From: Somniosus microcephalus
Taxonomy: Eukaryota
Direction of reading: 5' to 3'
Length of the DNA stretch: 64,000 nucleotides
NCBI GenBank assembly: GCA_052327205.1
Contig: CM126211.1
Coordinates: 8,246,001 to 8,310,000, forward strand
Shown here: positions 54,001-64,000 of the stretch, piece by piece
Layout of the letters: every line of letters starts with the position of its first letter
Position numbering within the stretch: position 1 is the stretch's first letter
Made by a program: the position numbers and the translations under genes
The notes under the pieces: generated by a model
The model's database searches: none
What the model was told of the DNA's origin: nothing
What the model saw: the letters and a program-made list of their open reading frames with translations, nothing else

Positions 54001-54602
54001 TATTGAGCCATTGAAATATATGTAAAATAAATTGTCATTAAAATTAATGTAATTTCTTGGAGGAAGCTCATTTCACAACCTGTTATTGATGGTTCTTGCT
54101 CCTGCCTTGCGATTCGAATGAGGACAGGCAAATCCCATCAGCCAGGCACTATGTGCCTTCATTAATCAACAGATCCAACACGCGAATCTCCTTGTAACTG
54201 GCCTACTGACCAATACCACTTTCTGAATACAGTAGATGGGCAAAACGTGTCCAAAAGCTGACTGCATGTTTTTGCGAATCAGCGTTTTTAAAAAATATTG
54301 AAACACTGTGATATGCTATGGCTCCCATTGAACACTTGTCTCTGTTTGGGGAGGGGGTCAGCACGTGCTGTACACCGTGAACCTGATGGTTGTTGCATCA
54401 GCTGTTGGCAATTGTTGGATTTGTAGTTTAAGAACAGAAATGTTCCTGTAATATTGTTTCTATGCCAGTAAATGTCACTGTTGCCCTTTATAAATCACAT
54501 TGCGACCGTTTCAATCTAAGTATTCGGACAATATTGGATGAATTTTTTTAAATTTGTGGTTTGATGCTCATCTGATGCTGTTAGCAGGTTGTAGAATCAT
54601 GT

Positions 54603-57223
54603 GGGCTAGAAATTCGTTATAGCCAAGAAATGGGCAGCGTTTAGACTAAAAATGGTTAAGTAGCGCCAGTTGAAAATCGTCTAGGCTGCACGCAAAATTC
54701 GTCTTCATTCCTCATTACAATGATTGCAGTCATGATTCTCGTCTAAAAGTTCAAGCTCATTGGCGTTACACTGAAAAGATAGACCAATATCGGGGGCAGT
54801 CTAAATGCAAGTATTGATTGCTACCGGCTTTTTTCACTACTTAAAGGGGAGGTCCATTGATGCTGCAGCCCCTCATTCTCAGCATTGTTGGGTGTGCAGC
54901 TGCCTCAACAACCACAAGAAGGACAAGGAGAAGGAACATTTATTTACAAATCCTGATGGCAGATCTCTGCCCCAGGGAGAGAGCCCGGGGGTTTTCCGAG
55001 GATGCTTTGGAGGCATTGGTTTTAGCGCTGGAGAGAAGGCAGGCGGTCCTGTACCAACAGGCAGGAGGCCCTCGCCACAAGTCTGCCAGACTATGTGGAG
55101 GAAGTAGCACACCACGTCATGGGCAGCACTGTGATCCCCAGGACCCACACAGAGTGCAGGAAGAAGTTTAACAACCTCACACAGGTGGTCAGGGTGAGTG
55201 AAGGTTTCAACAAATGCTACATGCCACGATCTGTACCACAAGCTTCACACACTGCCCAAAGCACCACATCCCCAGCACTCACCCACCAACAATCTCTACC
55301 TAGCAACACTCACACCCACATCTCACACCTTGCACACAATGACAGCTATTCAACTATGGCAGGCACAAGGGTCATTATTTATTAGAATTCATGTAATATG
55401 TGTGATATGTTTATAGATAAATTTATTACGTGTGTTTGGAATATTTTGTGGTCTCTCTCCTTTCACCTCTGTGCCCAGGAAGATTGTGATACGTCATGAG
55501 ACAGGGATTGTATGATGGGGATGTGGTGAGCTACGGGGATCTGGGGTTTCATTCATGCGAGTCGGAGTCTGATGAGACGGTCACGGACAGCCCGTCTAGA
55601 AGGCCGATTGTCTTGCTGCCTCCACCCTTCCTCCTGTTCTTCCTCATCTTCCTCCTCGTCCTCTTCCTCCTCCTTTTCCTCGTCCTCCTTTTCCTCATCC
55701 TCATCCTCGTCCTCCTCCTCCTCCTCCTCGTCCTCGTCCTCCTGAGGTAATCCCACAATCCCACCACCCCCATGACTGTGAGGAAGTGTTGTGAGCAGAA
55801 AAATTTAACAAATAATGGAGTGACTTCTGCACTTGAATCAATACTTCCTGTCACCAAAAAAACTTGAAATAACTAAAGAGAGCTGTTTCAGTTGCAGGAA
55901 ATAGCAAACAGGCACTGAAAACATAAGAAATAGGAGCAGGAGTCGGCCATTTGGCCCCTCGAGCCTGCTCCGCCATTCAATAAGATCATGGCTGATCATC
56001 GCCCTCAAATCCACTTTCCCGCCCAATCTCCATATCCCTTGATTCCCCTAGAGCCCAAAAATCTATATCTCAGCTTTGAATATACTCAAAGACTCAGCAT
56101 CCACAGCCCTCTGGGGTAGAGAATTCCAAAGATTCACAACCCTCTGAGTGAAGAAATTCCTCCTCATCTCGGTCTTAAATGGCTGACCCCTTATCCTGAG
56201 ACTATGCCCCCTAGTTCTAGACACTCCAGCCAGGGGAAACAACCTCTCAGCATCTACCCTGTCAATCCCCCCTCAGAATCTTGTATGTATCAATGAGATC
56301 ACCTCTCATTCTTCTAAACTCCAGAGAGTATCGGCCCAATCTACACAATCTCTCATCACAGGACAGCCCTCTCATCCCAGGAATCAATCTAGTGAACCTT
56401 CGGTGCACCGCCTCCAAGGCAAGTATATCCTTCCTTAGATAAGGAGACCAAAACTGTGCCCAGTACTCCAGGTGTGGTCTCACCAAGGCCCTGTACAATT
56501 GTAGCAAGACTTCCTCACTCTTATACTCCAACCCCTTTGCAATAAAGGCCAACATGCTATTTGCTTTCCTCATTGCTTGATGTACCTGCATGCTAGCTCT
56601 CTGTGTTTCTTGCACGAGGACACCCAAATCTCTCTGAACACCAACATTTGAAAGTTTCTCACCATTTAAAAAATATTCTGTTTTTCTATTCTTCCCACCA
56701 AAGTGAATAACCTCACATTTCCCTACATTATGCTCCATCTGCCACCTTACTGCCCACTCACTCAGTCTATCTATATCCCTTTGCAGACTCTGTGTTCTCC
56801 TCACAGCTTACTGTCCCACCTAGCTTTGTATCAGCAGCAAACTTGGATACATTACACTCGGTCCCTTCATCTAGACCATTAATGTAGATTGTAAATAGCT
56901 GAGGCCCCTGCTTGGAGCTGATTGGGGATGGTACCTTTAAACATCGTTGCTGCAGCTTGCTTCCTGCTGGTAGACGCCAGCTCTCTCCGTCGTTGTTCTG
57001 CGCTGCCGTTAAGGTAAGTGAATGTAACAAAGTTGGGAGATTGGATGTCCAGTGAGCGTTGCACACTCACTGACGTCACGCTCTCCATGATGGTGAGGTC
57101 CCTGGCAATCGAGTTTACCGGCAGAGCTGGAACCGGCTTCAGCTGCCGTTACAGCTGTCAACGGCGTTTTACTGCCATCTTGTGGCATTAACATGTGGCG
57201 CAAACCACATGAATTTCTCCCCC
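54603..57223. mobile_element. PIF/Harbinger remnant: frameshifted Myb/SANT exon (+, about 54975-55193) and acidic transposase tail (-, 55553-55745)
   Basis: TIR-like GGGCTAGAAATTC / GAATTTCTCCCCC; 'RERARGFSEDALEALV...RTHTECRKKFNNL'; 'EEEE...RAVRDRLIRLR*'. Confidence 0.72.
55920..56907 (-). mobile_element. 5'-truncated CR1 inserted in a Harbinger remnant
   Basis: ORFs 56262..56804 and part of 56767..57066 carry RT C-terminal motifs. Confidence 0.88.
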
Positions 57224-59676
57224 ATAGAATCTTACAGCACAGAAGGAGGCCATTCGGCCCATTGTGCCTGTGCCGGCTCTTTGAAAGAGCTCTCCAATTA
57301 GTCCCACCCCCTGCTCTTTCCCCAGAGCCCTGTAAATTTATCCTTTTCAAGTATTTATCCAATTCCCTTTTGAAAGTTATTACTGAATCTGCTTCCACCG
57401 CCCTTTCGGGCAGCGCGTTCCAGATCACAGCAACTCGCTGCGTAAAAAAAATTCTTCTCATCTCCCCTTTGGTTCTTTTGCCAATTACCTTAAATCTGTG
57501 TCCTCTGGTTATCAACTATTTCCTCTGGTGGGGGGAGTCCAGAACAAGGGGGCAGAACCTTAAAATTAGAGCCAGGCCATTCAGGGGTGATGTCAGGAAG
57601 CACTTCTTCACACAAAGGGTGGTGGAAATCTGGAACTCTCCCCCCCAAAAAGCTGTTGAGGCTGGGGGTCAATTGGAAATTTCAAAACTGAGATTGATAG
57701 ATTTTTGTTGGGTAAGGGTATTAAGGAATACGGAACCAAGGCGGGTAGATGGAGTTCAGATACAGATCAGCCCTGATCTAATTGAATGGCGGGACAGGCT
57801 CGAGGGGCTGAATGGCCTCCTCCTGTTCCTATGTAATAGGCTCGAGGGGCTGAATGACCTCCTCCTGTTCCTATGATGCAGCTGCAATGTGGGCCTCAGG
57901 AATATTAATAAATTGGCTGCCGCGTTTCCCACATTACAACAGTGACTACACTTCAAGAAGTACTCCAGTGGCTGTAAAGTGCTTTGGGACGTCCGGAGGT
58001 TGTGAACGGCGCTGTGGAAATGCAACTCAGTTTGTTTCGGCCTGGTGCTCCTCTGGTGCTGCCTGATTAATCGGTCTTCCCTCACACCCTCCCGCTGCTC
58101 CTCTTCACCATTCACGTCATTAAAAGTGGGCTTCCCATTGTACGGCCCTCAGACCCTAGCTCAGTGATTCTTTTGCTTGGAACGCTTTCCAAGACGATAC
58201 ACAATGTAGGGGGAGGCTTGCTGGGTACATAAGAGTGAACAGGTTTGCAGTGCGTCCCAATATCTGGCCAAAGGTTCTCCACAACAATCTCGGTGGGCAG
58301 TTTCCCTACAACAAAAGACTTCTGCCTTGATAAACCGGCCCTGGACAGATAACATCACCCCATCCTAACTCTGACATTTGCACGTGGCTGCCTCGGTGAG
58401 GATGGGTTGCTTCTTCAACTTGCCCTGAAACTGAATGGAATTTCTGCCAGGGCGAATCACCAGTGGAAGTCTGGCGTAAATTACATAGAATTACATTGAG
58501 TCTACAGCACAGAAACAGGCCATTCAGCCCATCTGGTGCATGCCAGTGTTCATGCTCCACACCAGCCTCCTCCCACCCCTCTTCATCTCACCCCATCAAC
58601 ATAACCTTCTACTCCTTTCTCACTCATGTGTTTATCGAGTTTCCCCTTAAATGCATCTATGCTCTTCGCCTCAACCACTCCCTGTGGCAGCGAGTTCCAC
58701 ATTCTAAACACTTGGGTATAAATTGGCCCTTTTGGAAATCCCTTGCCCCACAAAGGTGCAAATCTTGACTCGCATCTACCCCTCCCCTCCCCTTCCCCAA
58801 CCAACCCAGGAATTTCGGGGCCTAATTGTTTCGGGAGCGTGGCACATTCTCAAAACACTGAAATTAAGCTTTTGGTGCGTCTTATAAAAAGTGAGCAGAA
58901 AGGTCCCCATGGTGTCAAATGATGCTTCGTGGCCCTCTTGTGGGCTACCAAGACCACTTGGAAACGCAGCGTCAGGTTTATACGGCCACTGTCGCCTTGC
59001 CCCAAAGCAGAGACCGAATCGCGACAATAAGAAAACGGCAGCATAATTGCACCCGCAGGGATTTGGTCGCTTTGTCCTTGGAAGATGGGAAGCTGCGACA
59101 AAACCTTTGCGGGAGCTATTTCCAGCTGGTCGTACTCGCGCACTGCGGAGCAAAGCAATCTCAGAGACAGATGATCCTTTGCTGGGCTTTATTGTGAGTC
59201 GGGGCTCGCTTCACGGGTAGTCTGGTTGCTGAAGTCTTCTAGTTGCACATTTGTGTTTTCAAAGTCAGTAGGGAGCGACTTCCGTAAATTTCCAAGACAC
59301 TTGCACCGTGCGGGGAAACTCTCGGAGCGTCATGCCGTTATCACTTTATTTTATGAAACCAATAATTCCTTGTGGGTGTGGAGATTCCAGGGTCTCCAAT
59401 GTGAATCCCAAATATCAGGCACTTGCAAATTGGCTTTTGGAAATGTGCAGTTCAATCGTACGGCTGAATGTGAACCCGTCCGCCTTTGTGAGGAGGATGG
59501 AACTCACCTCCATGAAAACATCTTGAAATAGTGGAGGTGACAGATGGAGAGATAGGAGGGCAGTTTGGTTTGATGATCTGCAGCCTGCTCAGGAAGGTTC
59601 ATGAGCAACTTGAAGGACCACAGAATATTGGTTATTCAACTCAAAGCTTCTGACCAGGGAAGATGTTAGAATCTAT

Positions 59677-60431
59677 GGGCTGGATTTTACCAGCCCTGAG
59701 GTGGGACTGCTGGGAAAATGGGAAAAATTGGGAGCGGGACACGCCTCCGAAACATCTTCCCGGGAGGCGGGTCCCCGAGTCGCACAGGGACCCGTCTCCT
59801 CGAGGCGGGAAGGGGATTACAGCCAATTAACTGCCTGTTAACAGGTCATTAACAGACAGTTAAGAGGCTTTTCACCATTTTACGCCTGCAATTGCGGGCT
59901 TCCCGACGGCTGCGAACCTCGCCAGGGTCAGCGAGGTGAGCAGTGGGTCTGCGGGGTCGTAATGTCAGCTGTAGAGGTGAGTGATGGGTGCAAGTGTGGA
60001 CAGGTAAGTATGAGAGGTGAGTGTAAAGTGTTGGAACAAATTTCCTTACCTTTGCTTCTTTCTGCAGGCTTCAACCTTTGAGGATCCGGAGGTGCCTCAT
60101 CTCAACGGCAGAGATGACAGAATAGCTGCTGCATTCTCAGATGCAGCAGCCATCTGCTTTCTGCTGAGAAGAGCGGTCTTGGTGAGCCTGTGTGCAAGGG
60201 CTCACCTTAGAACAGAGATGGTCAGTGTTTGACAGCTGTTCAAAGCTATCAAACGCTGACGTCATCTGTCACCGGCTTTCCATAATTGGCCGGTAAGCCC
60301 GCAGGGGTGGGCTTAACAAGGCCAATCAAGGTAAAATAGCGTGGGTTGGTTAGACATCGCTGCGAGTGGGACTGAAACCCGGATACCAGGAGTCCCGCCT
60401 CCAGCACGTCTCCATTGAGAAAATCCAGCCC
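59677..60431. mobile_element. Non-autonomous Harbinger-like element
   Basis: Perfect TIR GGGCTGGATTTT...AAAATCCAGCCC, same terminus as 25407. Confidence 0.75.
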
Positions 60432-62284
60432 ATAGAATTGTACAGCGCAGAAGGAGGCCACTCGACCCATCGTGCCTGTGCTGGCTCTTTGAAAGAGCTT
60501 TACATAGGATTACATAGGATATACAGCACAGAAACAGGCCATTCGGCCCAACCAGTCCATGCCGGTGTTTATGCTCCACTCGAGCCTCCTCCTGTCTTTC
60601 CTCATCTAACTCTATCAGCGTAAACCTCTATTCCCTTCTCCCTCGTGTGCTTGTCTAGCCTCCCCTTAAATTCATCGATACTATTCGCCTCAACCACTCC
60701 CTGTGGGAGCGAGTTCCACATTCTCACCACTCTCTGGGTAAAGAAGTTTCTTCTCAATTCCCTATTGGATTTCTTGGTGACTATCTTATATTGATGGCCT
60801 CTAGTTTTGCTCTTCCCCACAAGTGGAAACATTCTCTCTGTATCCACTATCAAAACCTCTCATAATTTTAAAGACCTCAATTAGGTCACCCATCAGCCTT
60901 CTTTTTTCAAGATTAGTCCCACTTCCCCGCTCTTTCCCCATATCCCTGCAATTTTTTCTCCCTCCAGTATTTATCCAATTCCCTTTTGAAGGCTACGATT
61001 GAATCTGTCTCCACCGCCCGATCAGGCCGCGCATTCCAAATCCTAACCACTCACTGCGTAAAAAGTTTTTCCTCACGTCGCCTCCAGTTCTTTTGCCAAT
61101 CACCTTAAATCTGTGTCCTCTGGTTATCGACCCTTCCACCATTGGAAACAGTTTCTCATTTACTCCATCAAAACCCTTCATGATTTTGAACACCTCTATC
61201 AAATCTCCTCTTCGCCTTCTCTGCTCTAAGGGGAACAATCCCAGCTTCTCCCGTCGATCCACGTAACCATTCTAGTTAAAGCAGTGGAAATGGTGATTCA
61301 CCAACACCTCACGGCTGCAGCCAAATCTTTCACTAAAAGAGTATTGCTTGTAAAAAAATAATTTTACACTTGGGCCCTATAAAAGACCCGGCTTATATCG
61401 AGGTCCATAGCTATCGACTGCTTCATAAGAACATAAGGACATAAGAAATAGGAGCAGGAATAGGCTGTGGACTGAGAGATAAGCCGGGTCATTTATAGAC
61501 TACTTGATAGCTATGGAGGTTTAGGCGATAAGCTTCTGCCCAGTTACTCCAATCAATACATTTGCTGTTTTTGGGTCCAATTTTAAATCATGACAGTACA
61601 AGCAAATGAAACAGTACAGGGAGATTTACTAGAATGGTGCCAGGGATGAGGGACTTCAGTTACGTGGAGAGACTGGAGAAGTTGGGATTGTTCTCCTTAG
61701 AGCAGAGAAGGTTAAGGGGAGACTTAATAGAGATGTTCAAAATCATGAACGGTTTTGATCGAGTAAATAAGGAGAAACTGTTTCCAGTGGCAGGAGGGTC
61801 GGGAACCAGAGGACACAGATTGAAGGTAATTGGCAAAAGAACCAGAGGGGAGATGAGGTGAATTGTTTTTACGCAGCGAGTTGTTGTGATCTGGAATGCG
61901 CTGCCTGAAAGGGCGGTGGAAGCAGATTCAACAGTAACTTTCAAAAGGGAATTGGATAAATACTTGAAGAGGAAAAATTTACAGGGCTCTGGGGAAAGAG
62001 CAGGGGGAGTGGGACTAATTGGAGAGCTCATTCAAAGAGCCGGCACAGGCACGATGGGCCGAATGGCCTCCTTCTGTGCTGTGTGATTCTATGATAATAA
62101 TCGTTGAATATTCCACATGTTTCAGGTGGGACAAGGGCACTAAACTGTTCCTGGGAATAGCGGAGTCGGACACTATCTTGTCCTTTGCCCCAGAGCAGAG
62201 ATGTACTTTTGTTAGGAGGGGCTGCCTCCCATAGTCGGGTGAGTTACTAGTGACCAGCCTCAGTGTAAGTTATAAAAGAAAAAA

Positions 62285-63180
62285 AAGACTTGCATTTATA
62301 TAGCACCTTTCACGACCACAGGACGTCCCAATAAAGTAATGTAGGAAACACAGCAGCAAATATGCGCAGAGCAAGATCCCACAAACAGCAATGTGATAAT
62401 GACCAGACAATCCGTTTTTCTAGTGATGTTGTGTGAGGTATAAATATTGGCCCAGGTCACCTCCCCTGCTCGTCTTCAAAATAGTGCTGTGGGATCTTTT
62501 ACACCCACATGAGCAGAGCAGACGGGGGCCTCGGGTTTAATGTCTTATCAAAAAGACGGCACCTCTGACAGTGCAACGCTCCCTCAGTACTGCCCCTCCG
62601 ACAGTGCAGCGCTCCCTCAGTACTGCCCCTCCGACAGTGCAACGCTCCCTCAGTACTGCCCCTCCGACAGTGCAGCGCTCCCTCAGTACTGCCACTCCGA
62701 CAGTGCGGCGCTCCCTCAGTACTGCCCCTCCGACAGTGTGGCACCCCCTCAGTACTGCCCCTCCGACAGTGCAGCGCTCCCTCAGTACTGCCCCTCCGAC
62801 AGTGCGGCGCTCCCTCAGTACTGCCCCTCCGACAGTGCGGCGCTCCCTCAGTACTGCCCCTCCGACAGTGCGGCGCTCCCTCAGTACTGCCCCTCCGACA
62901 GTGCGGCGCTCCCTCAGTACTGCCCCTCCGACAGTGCGGCGCTCCCTCAGTACTGCCCCTCCGACAGTGTGGCGCCCCCTCAGTACTGCCCCTTCGACAG
63001 TGCGGCGCTCCCTCAGTACTGCCCCTCCGACAGTGCGGCGCTCCCTCAGTACTGCCCCTCCGACAGTGCGGTGCTCCCTCAGTACTGCCCCTCCGACAGT
63101 GCGGCACTCCCTCAGTATGACACTGGGAATGTTAGCCTGGATTTTGTGCTCGAGTCTCTTGTTGAGGGATTTGAACGCAC
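62285..63180 (-). mobile_element. DeuSINE containing a 33-bp array (about 17 units, 62563-63118)
   Basis: Same unit; accounts for the repetitive ORFs in 62499..63329. Confidence 0.88.
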
Positions 63181-63547
63181 AACCTTTGCTACCCACTTTT
63201 TTTTTTATTATGTTAATTATTGAACATAAAGAACATTTACAACATCGTGATCATTCCATTTTATCATTCAAATCCATTCCGCCGCTCTGCACAGCCATTC
63301 CTCCACCACATATTAATATCAAAACCTGAAGTTTAATTTGTCTCCCTTAACATATATTAAATCGATTGTACTTTAAAAATTGATCGTAAAATACTATCTT
63401 TAAATTCCTTTCTGAATAAAACATCCAGAGCCTTATAATGATCTTTTAGCTTATATTTAAAATACTCTTAGATTGTTTCTCCTCCCCTTAAAAAAAGAGC
63501 ATTCCTTCTTTGCACAATCACGAATCTAGACAAACTGAACATTGAAA

Positions 63548-64000
63548 GGGAGAAATTGAGTATCGCCCCATTGGGGCGCAATTATTGGCCGGGCACAAAG
63601 TTTAGTGCCTGGCACTAATTATTGCCTCTGACTACAAACTTGGCTTCCATTGCCCCTGGAAGTGACTGGAGCGCTAAATCAGGCGCTACACACCTCTTTT
63701 AAGGCGCAAAGGCCGAGGAGCGAGGCGCTACCTCAGAGCGCGGGCGAAGCTCATGTGATGTCAGTCAGCAATGGAACACAGACACACTGGCACCGGCCAG
63801 TTCTTAAAGGGGAGGGTCGATCTTGCTCTCCATCCACACCCTGCTCATTGTAGCCTTGAATCTCGGCCTGGAGAGACCTGGACATCAAATCTGCTGGAAA
63901 GAACAATGGAGAGGCCCAGGGAAAGAGCTCAGAGTTCAGCCCCCACAGTCTCTTCTAAATCAATACAAGGAAGATCAAATCAAAATGAACCTGCAAAGTG
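63548..64000 (+). mobile_element. Probable left end of another Harbinger-like element
   Basis: GGGAGAAATTG terminus and 'MERPRERA' start resembling the Myb gene near 54975. Confidence 0.45.

Noticed and set aside
55496-55857. Acidic, basic or Leu-rich ORFs as a host gene
   Set aside because: A (TCC)n-type low-complexity tract that fits the acidic tail of a Harbinger transposase remnant.
62499-63329. Long ORFs in several frames (also 6101-6795, 953-1639, 41353-45103)
   Set aside because: They are by-products of stop-poor tandem repeats inside SINEs and LINEs, not genes.
49200-64000. Exons of a second host gene
   Set aside because: Every recognisable ORF here is CR1, SINE-array or Harbinger derived; small or non-coding exons cannot be excluded by eye.

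Overview
Eukaryotic, very repeat-rich DNA, most likely from an elasmobranch (shark) genome, judged from HE1/V-SINE, SacSINE1/DeuSINE and CR1/HER1-type repeats. The + strand carries the last 11 coding exons of NALCN (sodium leak channel), covering most of domain IV and the C-terminal tail. All introns are GT-AG, the reading frame is continuous from 95 to the TAA at 39838-39840, and the 3' UTR probably runs to about 49.2 kb. The rest is transposable elements. These include a near-intact Gypsy LTR retrotransposon (17082-21430, GAGGG TSD), two solo LTRs, a near full-length CR1 and many CR1/L2 fragments, three SINE families, Penelope fragments with hammerhead-ribozyme motifs, and Harbinger remnants and MITEs. 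Three different minisatellites have grown out of retroposons, one a 4.6-kb 56-bp array just after the NALCN stop. Best leads: (1) the Gypsy has no tRNA PBS; instead a 14-nt perfect complement of its own LTR poly(A)-signal region sits next to a U5-junction hairpin (candidate self-priming or poly(A)-masking switch), and its RT has YLDN; (2) a candidate 12-nt neural microexon in the only TE-free NALCN intron; (3) a G-rich L2-derived satellite in the probable NALCN 3' UTR. Everything was read by eye. Family names rest on recalled motifs, not database searches, and TE fragment boundaries are approximate.
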